Shown piece by piece: positions 17,316 through 28,527 of a stretch of DNA of 64,000 nucleotides (positions within the stretch are counted from its first letter, which is position 1; every line of letters starts with the position of its first letter). Source of the DNA: a virus (Duplodnaviria; Caudoviricetes); IMG/VR virus record IMGVR_UViG_3300037067_006113, positions 1 to 64,000 of that record, one strand, 5' to 3'. The position numbers and the translations under genes were made by a program. The notes below the pieces were generated by a model, which saw only the letters and a program-made list of their open reading frames with translations, did no database searches and was not told the origin of the DNA.

Positions 17316-20300
17316 CTAAATTTCGTTATCGACAAAATCAAATAAAATACTGTCCATATCGTTCTTTAATTTATCCAAATAGGATAAAGTAATACTTCTT
17401 TTTATATCCTTTCGTTGAATATTATTAACAGTAGCTGATAGACAGCTTTTAAGATTTCCTAGTCTAATAGTTAATGACGCTATTTGTTCTTTAGTACATA
17501 GTGGTTCTGTATCTTTAGGTCTTATTTTCATTTAATTTTCTTCTTTCAATTTTAATATGTTTGGTGACACCACCAATTATAACTTCTACCATTACCTCAC
17601 TATCCTTTAGGTGATATTTATGAGGTCTTTTTTTCCACTCACTTATTATATTCATTATTAATAATTTCTTCTTCTATTATTAGAGAATGCGTTTTTAATT
17701 TTATGAGCCGCTAACTCAATTAAACCAACTTTTATTTGCTCATTTTTTAAAAGTTTTCCAAATGAACCAATAGTAATTTCTTCACGGGCTTTCTTCATTA
17801 AAGTTGGAATTTCAGTAACTTTTTTCCCATTCAACTCTTTATCACCCATAGATAATGCTTCTTTAATAAAGGTCATTTGTTTACGGTAATTAAGTACTAT
17901 ATCCTGTTTATCGGTCTTTGGTCTATTATCAACTTCAGATACTATTATAGATAGATTTTCTTGTTCGTTCATGTTATTTAATCTCCGATAAAATTTTTAC
18001 TATCGCGAAATACTCTGGATTTACGACTTTATTAATCGAAAGTGTAAGTAACGGAAGAGTTTGACCTAATACAAAAAGACCTATGAAAAGTCCTACTATG
18101 AGTACCAATACTTTATCTGGTAATGTATAGTTTTCTGGAAAGGCCTTTTTAATCAGCATGTCTAATATCATAGCTATAGCCATACTTCCAAATACTAGAG
18201 ATAATATACTAGCAATTCCAAGCATTCCTTCTACTGTTTGCTGACGTACAAGAATCTCATAAATATGTACTGCGGTCGTTCCTACGGCAGTTGCAAGTCG
18301 TTCTATAAACTGCGTGGAAGTTTCTATTAACTTTTGTACTACTTCATTCATACAATTTTCCTTTCAACTAAATACTTTAAACTTTAGTCTTACTTTCCTT
18401 TCTCTTTAGTGCTCTCTCGTGTGAAACTATTTGATCTCTCTTATGTCTATTTTGCACAGCTTCTTTATGCATCTTATAATGGGATATCTTTTTGACAATT
18501 TCACCTATTTTTATAAAATGAAATCTATCAGCCTTTTTTATTTCATCGTCGTATTTTCTTCTATTTTTGCTCATACTGATTTTTTCTTTCGTATAGTAGA
18601 TTGTTCATCTAATTTTATACGTTCAACTGTTTTATTTAATATATTTATTTTCCTTTGTATTGGTTGCTGACTAAAACCCATAAAAGTCATTTCCCATAAA
18701 CTGTAACAAAATGCATCTAAATAACTATCAGTTGTTTTAACTGGCATGCCAAGCCATATTTCCCAACGAGTAAATTCTATGGCGTACTTAATATTGTCTT
18801 TTGTATCTAAAGCTGATATATCTGATTTCTTAGGCACTAAAATATAATTTGATTTTATCGGTTTTAACTTCCTAAGATCTTTTAGTACTTTAATATATCC
18901 ATCAAAACTCTTTTGTTGGTCTGGATATATTTTAAAAAATCTTTCCATTATCTGTTTGTCTGTATATTTGTCTAAAATGTCTTTTAATCGTTTCATCCTT
19001 TTTTCTCCTCGCTTGAAGGTTTAATGTAGCCATTTTCGGCTAACCATATAAGCATTTTGGCTCTTGCGTCTGCTTCTGTTTTTGCTTCAAATGTATAGTC
19101 TAGCATTTTTTCTGAACCACACTCCCAATAACCACCAACATGCTCACTACCGAAAAACAAATGTTTAATTTCTTTTTTGGTGCTTAAATCTAACGGGTTT
19201 GGCAGTAATTCCCCAAGTTCGGCTACTGTATAGGCGGAAACAAATTCCTCTGGAGAAGTTTTCTCTATATCTTTGAACTTAGGTTTTAGTAACTTTTCTA
19301 TATCTTTATTCATTTTCGGTGATAGATCTCTTACCTGCCAGCTTAATTTCCATCTAACCCAATAAAACAAACTATCTTGCGGGAAACCGAGTTCCTTTAA
19401 GCGTTTAGCGTATTCTAATGAGCAAACTTGATTTTCTAATTTCATTTTTTATCTCCACCTAAATTTTTACCACGTTGCATCATCTGATTAATATTTAGTT
19501 TAGTTACTTTGTTAATGATTTCATTTAATTTAAGAACTATTGGTGTTAAACCACTTGTATTAAATGCTTCGTAAACTATCTTTTCTTTAGTTTCGTTGTC
19601 GTAAATCTCTACTGTAAATAAGAATCTATCTTTATTCATTTTTTCCTTTCACTCAAATTTTTACTATCTAATATTTCGTCTATTTGATCAACGATAAAAC
19701 CATACCTATGAATATATCGGCTTCCAACAACTGACTGCATTCTTAAATTCTTATAGTTCAATGTTCTACATTCACACATTTTTTGTATGCACCAATTAAT
19801 TTCTGATAATAACTTTGAAAAGTACCAAATCCAAGATAGTAACCATATATAAAGATATACATGTAAATCTACTGTCTTAAAAGACATTTTTATATATTTT
19901 ACTTTCACAATCTTTCCTCCTCACTCAAATTTTTACCATGCACATTACCGATGTGGTCTTCGGTGTCATTTTCTCCGTCCAAATCCCTTATTGCTCTTTT
20001 AATTTCTTTGTCTAGTTTTTTCTGTTTTAACTCCATATAAACTTTTTTGTTATATTGTATGTCTCGGATGTCTATTAAAACATCTAATAAAGAACGAAGT
20101 ATTGGTGAGTAATCAGGAGTTACATTACAACCCTGCAAACTGGTTGCACGAGCCATTATTTTCTCTTTAGTCCGCATTTGCTTAGTTTTGGATGTTTCTT
20201 GCTTAGTTTTGGTCATTTTGTTCTTTCTCGGTAGAACGTGTTTGTTCTGATTTACGCTCTACAGGTTCTATAGTTTTGAGGGTTTTAATTTTAGAGATTG

Positions 20301-21844
20301 CTAGTTCTAACTGTTCCTCACCCTTATAGAAACCTCTGCCAAATTCGGTAGTGTTACCGTCTATACAATCTACAATACAGCTCCTCAATGTTTCCAACAC
20401 CTCATCTATTATAGCCTTTCTTATTCTTTGGTATCTCTCTTCACGCATAAATGGCGAATTATTAATAAAATCTTCTTCGGCTTCTTTTCTACCTAACAAG
20501 TATGTTTTGTCTTTTATCTTGTCTACATCTATTACAGCGTTACGGGATTGAATGATAAGATTCTGCATAAAAGAGTACATTTTATCCGTAATATCGTTAC
20601 CTTCTATATCAAGTATTTCCCCACAAGTTACGCTATATTCAAATTCTTTTTTTATTTCTTGTATATCTTTATCTTGCATTATTTACCTTTCTCCACACTA
20701 CTTGTGGTTGGTTTATCTATATTTTTCATTTTAGACTTGGTAGTGTCTTTTTCTACTAACTGGTTAAGTATTTCAATCAAATCATTTATCTTTATCCTAA
20801 TCATATTAATTTTTTGTGCTTTGACATCTCCGAATAGTTGGCTAGGACTAATGCTCCAAGCTTGATTGTTAAGAAATTCGGTTCCCCACACTCCGTTGTT
20901 GTATTCAGCTATTTTATCTATTTTGCTCATTTATCCTCCTGTTCTTTGTTGGGTTGGTTGTCATAGCGTTCTAAATAATCATCTACACAAGAATCTATTT
21001 CTTCAAATACTTCTTCTTTATTTAATACTTCCTTTTCTTCTCCAAAGGCATAATGTGTAAAGAAGCTCTTTAGTTTACCCACAAAGGCTAGAATATGAAA
21101 ATCTATTATGGATTCTTCACTAACACTTTGGGTTTTCGTAGGAAAGTTTCTAACAATATAAAGTTCAATTTCATTTTCAATTTGCTCTAAGTTCTTTTCA
21201 TCAAAATACTCACCCTGCTTTATGAACTCATAAAAACCTCTAATTGTATTTTCATCTACACTTTGAGTGGGAGTAGTTTTCTCAATCAATCTTTTAATAT
21301 CGCCGATTAACTTAAAATTCTCGGCAATTCCGTAACCTTCTAATAATTCCCGTATAGTTTTATTTAATTCACTTTCCATTCTTTTCCTTTCCTGAAAGCA
21401 AGAACATATATACTAAATTAGTTAATATACCTCCTGCTATAAATCCGAATATAAATATATCAAAGTTAGTCATTAACCAATAAATTTTGTATAAAATTAA
21501 GGTTATTGCTAACAAGACGAAAGTAAAGAAAACCCTGTCAAAACCGTTCATTCCCCCTCCTTTTCAATAACTTTTGCATTTTGGTTTTCCTTTCGTTTTA
21601 ATGGAATCACTATGTGAGCATAATCAGGGATATCTTCAAATTCTGGAATTGCTGAACTTAATACCTTCATCATATTAGTTAAAGAATTTCGTATTTTCAT
21701 TGTTTCAAACAACTGTGGGGTGTATCTTTTCGCCTCTGATAATAATGCTAGTAGTATATGAGCCTCGTCCACACCTATAGCCAAAGTGTATCTTTTGGTT
21801 TTATAGTTTTGACTGCCTATGATTTCTTCTTTTAAAAACTTCAT
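17316..21844 (-). other. Run of ~14 small, tightly coupled phage hypothetical ORFs, some membrane-spanning
   Basis: ORF track; ATGA-type overlaps; no recognisable catalytic motifs. Confidence 0.6.
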
Positions 21845-21918
21845 ACATTCCCCCTTATACTTATAAAATTAATTTTCATATTCCAATGGCTACCATAATT
21901 AGCCACTGGATATAGAAA

Positions 21919-22515
21919 CTAATTGAACTCGACCCAATTTCCTTTAGTACAATCATTGATTGTTCTCATTCTGAACTGGTTTGTCCAAAATCCAATGGTC
22001 GTTCCTATTCCTACTTTTTCGTGACCATCATTAGTTAAAATAATTTTGAACGGATAAACTCCTTTTGCCCAACCAAATTGAAGTTCTACTTTATCTCCAC
22101 CAACAGCAGACCAATATAAGGTAGAGTCTTTTTCATTAAAACTTGCCCATGTTACATCAATAGGTTTTTTAGCATGGCATCTTTTATCCTCTGTAAATAT
22201 TCTATTTGTAACACATGATTGACCTGGTACTGTTCTTGTTAATGATTCGTCCCATGCTGGTATTACAGTTTTCGTTCTATGTTCAAAATGTATATGTTTT
22301 CCTGTTCCTTCTAATCTGCAAGTATCAGTATCATGAATATTACAAAATGTAGTATCATGCCAAGGTCCATAATTAGTTACCGCATCATGGTGTACTGTAT
22401 AGCCCTCTGTTCTAGTAGTTGATTCACAGGTAACAACTTCTTTTGCTAAAACTTTTTGTGTTACTAAACTAAAACAAATAAAGAATGTAAATATTACTAA
22501 TAAATATTTGTTCAC
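21919..22515 (-). CDS. Secreted Cys-rich hypothetical protein
   Basis: N-terminal signal peptide ending VLA; several Cys residues. Confidence 0.6.
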   Translation of the reverse strand: MNKYLLVIFTFFICFSLVTQKVLAKEVVTCESTTRTEGYTVHHDAVTNYGPWHDTTFCNIHDTDTCRLEGTGKHIHFEHRTKTVIPAWDESLTRTVPGQSCVTNRIFTEDKRCHAKKPIDVTWASFNEKDSTLYWSAVGGDKVELQFGWAKGVYPFKIILTNDGHEKVGIGTTIGFWTNQFRMRTINDCTKGNWVEFN

Positions 22516-22715
22516 AAACTTTCACCTTCTTTCGATATTTAATAAATTAATACTTAGTTATTATATTCAATTCTATAAAATTCAGTTTCCATTTCATTCG
22601 CGTCTATAGATCTAAATGCGAGTAAAACAGCACCTAATACAAGTAAATATCCTAATATTAGATATATTACATCTGTAACTATTTTAATTATTGTAGTAGG
22701 TTTATGTTTCATATT

Positions 22716-23252
22716 TTACTTAATTTCTCTCACTAATTCTGGCTGTTGAGTTAGTTTCAAGGGCTGATCAACTAGCATATAATCACCACGCCATTCAACG
22801 TACACATCTTCAGTGGTAAAGAAAAATACTGCGTCACCATTAGAACCATATGAACCGTCTATATCTGGCGAGGATACTACAAAACAATCTGTACTCATAT
22901 TGTCACCACATTGAGCACCAAATCTATCAACAAGTTGCTCTGTAGTGGTTAACATTGAATTAACAGAACTAACCTTACCTTTAATGGTATAAAATGCCAT
23001 TACTTTTCCATAGTTCACTAAATAAATATATGAAATCTTATCTTCGGAATTAAAGGCTTCTAATCTTCTAACTAGGTTCTTTCTTTCCTGTGAAGTCTGT
23101 AGTTGTGGCACTGGTACAGCCTTCAATAATCTTTTCTGATTATCTTCTGTAGCTTGTGCTTCTTGTTTTTGTGTTCCGTTATCTCCAGTACAAGCAGTTA
23201 ATACAAAAGGTAATATAACTAATAATGGTATAACTAATAACTTTTTATTCAT
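22716..23252 (-). CDS. Phage lipoprotein
   Basis: Lipobox LTAC; DGSYG motif. Confidence 0.75.
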   Translation of the reverse strand: MNKKLLVIPLLVILPFVLTACTGDNGTQKQEAQATEDNQKRLLKAVPVPQLQTSQERKNLVRRLEAFNSEDKISYIYLVNYGKVMAFYTIKGKVSSVNSMLTTTEQLVDRFGAQCGDNMSTDCFVVSSPDIDGSYGSNGDAVFFFTTEDVYVEWRGDYMLVDQPLKLTQQPELVREIK

Positions 23253-23253
23253 A

Positions 23254-23697
23254 TTATTCTAATCCTACGAACATTGGCAATTTGTCCGAAAATATATTAC
23301 GATTAGCCATTTTTGCACGAGCATTGTAATCGGCTACTAAATCTTCTTGATGGTTCTTCAAACCTAATACAATAGTTTGTAATCTTGCATCTTCATTTTT
23401 ATCTTCAAATGTCCATTTATCTCTAGAACCTGAGGATAGTTCAAAATTGTCTAGAGTAAGTTGAGCGTTATTGATTTTGGTTTTATTAGCTTGAATATCT
23501 TCATATTTTTGCTTAAACCACTCATAATTATAGATTGCATTATCAGGATTATAAGTTTTCTCTATGACGCCATAATTCATTTGCACCTTTGATCCTAGTT
23601 TAAATAATGGTAATGCTACTATATTCAATGCCACTAATGTATAGCCAAGAACAAAGTATCCTGCTATAACACCAAAAATTAATAATATGTATTTCAT
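23254..23697 (-). CDS. Membrane-anchored phage protein adjacent to the lipoprotein
   Basis: N-terminal TM; NYEWF...YNA. Confidence 0.7.
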   Translation of the reverse strand: MKYILLIFGVIAGYFVLGYTLVALNIVALPLFKLGSKVQMNYGVIEKTYNPDNAIYNYEWFKQKYEDIQANKTKINNAQLTLDNFELSSGSRDKWTFEDKNEDARLQTIVLGLKNHQEDLVADYNARAKMANRNIFSDKLPMFVGLE

Positions 23698-23725
23698 ATA
23701 ATTCTCCTAATTAAATAAATAATGA

Positions 23726-23762
23726 AGGGCAGTACGATGAATATTCGTAATGTTACTGCCCT
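23726..23762 (-). terminator. Hairpin downstream of the acidic micropeptides
   Basis: AGGGCAGTA/TACTGCCCT stem followed by a T-rich tract on the - strand. Confidence 0.55.
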
Positions 23763-23770
23763 CTACAATG

Positions 23771-23863
23771 TTAGTACCCCTCTGAGCACGATACTTCATT
23801 ACAGGCTTCTTGTTCCTCCTGTGAGAAGTTACTGTCGGTATCTTCGTCTCCAGGATCTACCAT
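23771..23863 (-). CDS. 30-aa acidic micropeptide MVDPGDEDTDSNFSQEEQEACNEVSCSEGY
   Basis: AGGAGGTGA RBS; translated by hand. Confidence 0.55.
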   Translation of the reverse strand: MVDPGDEDTDSNFSQEEQEACNEVSCSEGY

Positions 23864-23900
23864 TGTAATCACCTCCTCTTTCTGAAATATTTTGTGTTCG

Positions 23901-23969
23901 TTATTCTGATTGTCGTTCCAACCCCATTGGATCATACACTTCTGGTAGTTCTACAGTTGGATCAAACAT
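23901..23969 (-). CDS. 22-aa acidic micropeptide MFDPTVELPEVYDPMGLERQSE
   Basis: AAGGAG RBS; translated by hand. Confidence 0.45.
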   Translation of the reverse strand: MFDPTVELPEVYDPMGLERQSE

Positions 23970-24085
23970 TTTCGTCACTCCTTTTAAGTCTCTTTTTTAT
24001 TGGTTCAAGTATTAAATACTTACCAACTTTTACTCTTTTTCCTTTGTTAACTTTCCATTTAAAGTTAAATCGCATTCCTTTATTT

Positions 24086-24322
24086 CTATATATTAAATCC
24101 TGTTAAATATAATACTACTATCATAAATACAATTATTCCTAATAAAAAGGCAATAAAATTATCTTTAGCACTTGAAGTATTTTTGCAAATTTGGTTATAA
24201 ATTTTATCAACAAAATGGTTTATAACTCCATTAACATTATATTTATTTACACCGTTCCAGTCGTAATTCATTATTTCTATTACTATTGCTCTTATTAGAT
24301 CTTCCTTACTAGGTTTTTTCAT
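24086..24322 (-). CDS. Small membrane protein
   Basis: C-terminal TM helix. Confidence 0.55.
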   Translation of the reverse strand: MKKPSKEDLIRAIVIEIMNYDWNGVNKYNVNGVINHFVDKIYNQICKNTSSAKDNFIAFLLGIIVFMIVVLYLTGFNI

Positions 24323-24328
24323 AGTTTA

Positions 24329-24403
24329 TACCTCAAAACGGTAAGTCACGCATAAATAATGTAAAACATTATAAATAACCGCCTAACTTACCATTTCAAG
24401 GTA
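24329..24403 (-). promoter_or_regulatory. Long RNA hairpin downstream of clpP
   Basis: 18-bp stem whose three non-Watson-Crick positions are all G-U on the - strand. Confidence 0.6.
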
Positions 24404-24412
24404 CAATATTAT

Positions 24413-25078
24413 TTATTGTTGACTCCTTGCTATATCCACAATATCCCACATATATGGTTTACGAATACTAAAATCAGGATCAACCATTTCAGGTCGTTTA
24501 ATTATTTTATGTACAATACCTAACTCTAATGCCTCTTCAATTGGAAACCATTTTTCTTTACCACTCTTAAATATAGATAACCAGTATTCTGGTGTAGTTC
24601 GACCGCCAGTTTGGGAGGCAAGAAACTTAGCCATTTTTGATTGAGCTTGTTTAGTATATTCAAGACGATCTTCAATATCTGGAAGTTTATCCGACATACC
24701 AAATCCAACTGAGTGCATCATTAAACATGTATTATCATGAGCAATACGTTCTTTACCACCCATAAATATAATAAATCCACCTGAGCATACATTAGCAAGT
24801 GCAATAGTCTTAACTGGACATGACATAGTCCCCATAAGATCTGTTGCAACTATAGATTCGTAAAATAATCCACCATTTGAATTAATAGCTACTGTAATTG
24901 GTAATACTGGGGATTGTTGCTCTAAGTCAATAAGACTGGCATATAATAACTCAATTAATGAATCGTCAATATTGCCGTTAATCCATATTTCACGCTTCTT
25001 TAATCGTTCTTTGAAGTTTTCAATTTTCAAAGATCTATTATCATTAATTGGTAATGGCATTGGTATTTGATCTGTCAT
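24413..25078 (-). CDS. clpP: ClpP-family serine protease
   Basis: INSNGG, catalytic Ser in VCSGG, MMH, EALELGIVH. Confidence 0.85.
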   Translation of the reverse strand: MTDQIPMPLPINDNRSLKIENFKERLKKREIWINGNIDDSLIELLYASLIDLEQQSPVLPITVAINSNGGLFYESIVATDLMGTMSCPVKTIALANVCSGGFIIFMGGKERIAHDNTCLMMHSVGFGMSDKLPDIEDRLEYTKQAQSKMAKFLASQTGGRTTPEYWLSIFKSGKEKWFPIEEALELGIVHKIIKRPEMVDPDFSIRKPYMWDIVDIARSQQ

Positions 25079-25088
25079 TTTTATTTTC

Positions 25089-26746
25089 CTATTCTTTAAT
25101 TTTCTTATTTGTTTTCTTTTCTTTATTTTCTAACAATACATTTATATCTTCTTCTGTATTTCCTAATAGTGTTTTTAGATTTTCCAATATTTCTTTAATC
25201 GATTCGTTAGTTTTTGATTGGTCGTCACTAATTTGTTGAACTATCAATCCCATAACTTTTTGATTATTGATTATGGCCAATAACACCCTTCCTACTTCCT
25301 GAAAGTTATATTGAGCTGTTGCATTGTGCCTACTAATAGATAATGGTTCATTAGGATCACCAGATATTGGAGCTGGCAACTTAATGTTTAGCAATGGTTT
25401 ATTTTGCTGTAATTCCTCTTCATTTGTTTTTGGTGTTTCAACTTTTTCTATTGGCATTTGTTGGTCTCCACTTCAACAGGTGTTCGCCTTCAGAAGTATC
25501 TGAACTTAAACAATCTATTTTGTATATACTAGTTGTATTACTATAATAATACGGAACCTCATATGGCTTCCATCCACCGTCAGGATTTGTTCTCCACGGT
25601 TCTTTTGGTAGTACATCTGGTGTAGTTGGTATATTTGGTATATATGGAACTAGCCTTTTTGCTCCTTTTTGCATTTCTTCTTGCATTTCTTCAATCTTTT
25701 TCAATAGTTCGTCATTATCAATTTCTTTTTTGGTTAATGATCCTTTTATTAACTTTTTATTGCATTCTGGACACAAGTAACTAATTTTATCTTTATTTGT
25801 CAAAATTATCGCGTCTTTAAATGCAATTTTCTTCTTACAACTAACACATTTAACTTCTCGATTTTGACCAATTCCTAATTTTTCAGCTATTTTTTCTAAT
25901 TCTTTTAATCTATCGGTTTTATTCATTTTAATTATAACCTCTTTGGAACATTTCTATAGAATTTGTATACCATACTAATGTATATTTCATTCTCATAACA
26001 TTTGGATCGGTCTCGACATTAAATGTATTAATTTTCTTAGAATATAGACCTATTGCTCCTGGTTTCTGTAAAATTTCTTCCAGATATTCTAGTATCAAAT
26101 CTATATCTGTCGTACTATCATTTGTACCCTCTCTAAATGTAGCTAATAATTTATCTAGTTCTTTTTTTCTATCTACCTTCATGGTCTTTGACCTGGCCAT
26201 TTTGTACCTTTGGCAATACAATCTGGACACATATAATAGTGTATCTGTTTCATTACTGCTGGTTTATACATTTTCTTTCCATTAATGACTTTAATAATAC
26301 CCTTTTCAACCATTTCTAATCGAATTTGGTGCATTCCTGTAGTTGTTTGATTACCGCAGAAATTACACTTTACCATTGGCATTACTATTTCTTCTGTTTC
26401 GTCAATCTTATGCTGGTTTGGTACTATTATCTTGTTCATTTTTCTTTTCCTCTGGAGATACTGTCGTTACTGGTGTAGCACTTCCACCAAATGGGGTAGT
26501 AACTGGTTGATCTGGTATACTTTCAAGATACCAAACTAATACATAAAGTCTCTCACCAACTGAATAGGCATTTCTACCATTTAAAAACCTCTTTTTATTA
26601 TCAATGGTTTCAAGAAAATTGTTAACTTCTAAGTCAAAATTGGAAACGTCAGATTCATTTGGATTTTTAACAGAAATGAAAGACTTTGTTTTCATAAATG
26701 CGTGTACAGTTTGTTGGTTTGTATTGGGTACATTTGGTGTTTGCAT
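25089..26746 (-). other. Five hypothetical ORFs downstream of the portal (two with CxxC pairs)
   Basis: ORF track. Confidence 0.6.
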
Positions 26747-26805
26747 AACTTTTACTCCTTCTTAATAAATTAAACTAGAACTAATAATCTCATTAAACAT
26801 TTAAT

Positions 26806-26834
26806 ATTATATCATGTTTTTAATAAAGTTTCAA
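26806..26834 (-). promoter_or_regulatory. Sigma70-type promoter
   Basis: TTGAAA-17-TATAAT with TG extension. Confidence 0.7.
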
Positions 26835-26837
26835 GCA

Positions 26838-28439
26838 TTATTGACCTTGACCGTCAGAAGGTCTCTTTGGTTCTGCTACTCTATCATCATTATTAGGATT
26901 TGCGTCACCAGGTTTACCACCTGGTTTAATATCCGCTGAATCTGGTGCAGATTGATCACTTGATCTACCAATAGCATCTTTTATCTCTATTAAGGAATCA
27001 TTCTTTGAACCCATTAAATAGAACTTATTTGCCCATGCTTCTTCTATTGGAAGTAGACCGACGGCAATTCTAGCGTCATTGAATGAGTATAATCCTTTAG
27101 TCCAACCAGTCATAAAGTCTCGGCGAGAGGATTCTGCTTCTTCTAATCCAGCTGTTCTAAAGTCAAATTTCCATCCTTCAATATGCAATCCATCTTTAAT
27201 TATTTCTTGAGTAATTTTTTGAGATATTAGTTTTCGCAATATAAATATATTCGATAAGTAGAAATATCTTCTACCTTCGGCACTTGAGGCACGATTAGCG
27301 GATTCAGGAAAACCTATCATGAATAACGGAACACCAAATTGTCCAGCCACTAACTTCAAACCATAATTTAGAAGTTCTAGATAGGCCATATCCTGTGGTG
27401 TAATACCTAGTGCTTTAGCTTCAGCACCTTTAAAGGATACTAATGTTTTTCCTGCATTATGTGGACCTTGATAGTTCTTTTCCCAAAATGCTGATACCGC
27501 CTCTGCGTCTGCTTCAATAGAATCTTTAGGTAAAATTAGTTGAAGTGGTGGTCGACCTCCATTCTTCAAGATATTTGTATTATAAGTTAATGCTCTCATT
27601 AAAAGTTGTAGCATAGCCATGTTATCTTCTAGTACAGCACGTCCATAGAGATCGGCTCGTCTATGTGGTCGTTTGATATGGCATATTTCGCTTTTTGTAT
27701 ATATGATTGATTTATTCGATTCTGTAGTTTGTTTATAACCAGCTTTTTGTAGAACACCTTTTTTCTTTAAGTCAGCGTCAACTAAAATCGACATTTTAAC
27801 TGGATCTAAATTATAAAGTTCAGCCAATGTCGTTTCTTTCTTACCTTTGCTACCTTTAGTTGGTACTTTTTCCATATACCAGTTTCCATAACCAAGATAG
27901 TTTTCTACACCTACTTGTATTAATGTTTCTATTGTATCGTCTGGATTTGGTCTATCAAAGAAGTCAATTAATCTTTTAAGATCTGATCTCTTTCCTTTTA
28001 TACCACCTACCTCAGGTTTTATAACATATCCACCTCCAATTACAGCGTCGCGAATACGAAATGCACTTGGAATTGAACCTGGTGAATCTGAATATAATAT
28101 ACCTAATGTGGAGTAATTTTTACCAGAACTATAGTCATTGGCACTGAATGTATCAGTAGGACCAGAGGTGGATATATATTTACGAGAGGCGCCAAACTTT
28201 CTATCTAACGCTTTTACAGTTTCGAGTGACCAATCTTTTCTAGCCGCTTCTAATGCTTTATTAACCTCTTTTACTACTTCTTTATTATATTCGGTTTTAA
28301 GACTCTGAGTAATACTATCCTTGATTTTCTTGAATTCAACGTCTTGTTGTTTCTTCCATACAGATTTTTCGATCTCGATTTTCTGTTTTACGTTATCACT
28401 ATTAAGAACAGATTTTTCAATAATTTTAGGTAATTTCAT
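26838..28439 (-). CDS. Phage portal protein
   Basis: RPNP, YGNWY, LDP, YGR, NGGRP, NAGK, DMAYLE, FGVP, NDARIAVGL; downstream of terminase. Confidence 0.92.
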   Translation of the reverse strand: MKLPKIIEKSVLNSDNVKQKIEIEKSVWKKQQDVEFKKIKDSITQSLKTEYNKEVVKEVNKALEAARKDWSLETVKALDRKFGASRKYISTSGPTDTFSANDYSSGKNYSTLGILYSDSPGSIPSAFRIRDAVIGGGYVIKPEVGGIKGKRSDLKRLIDFFDRPNPDDTIETLIQVGVENYLGYGNWYMEKVPTKGSKGKKETTLAELYNLDPVKMSILVDADLKKKGVLQKAGYKQTTESNKSIIYTKSEICHIKRPHRRADLYGRAVLEDNMAMLQLLMRALTYNTNILKNGGRPPLQLILPKDSIEADAEAVSAFWEKNYQGPHNAGKTLVSFKGAEAKALGITPQDMAYLELLNYGLKLVAGQFGVPLFMIGFPESANRASSAEGRRYFYLSNIFILRKLISQKITQEIIKDGLHIEGWKFDFRTAGLEEAESSRRDFMTGWTKGLYSFNDARIAVGLLPIEEAWANKFYLMGSKNDSLIEIKDAIGRSSDQSAPDSADIKPGGKPGDANPNNDDRVAEPKRPSDGQGQ

Positions 28440-28527
28440 ATATTTTAAAGGTTTTCTACAAAATTCAGAGCGAAAATTGCTCTTTACATAAAAATAATAC
28501 CTTTTTCACAGAATAATGCAATAGATA

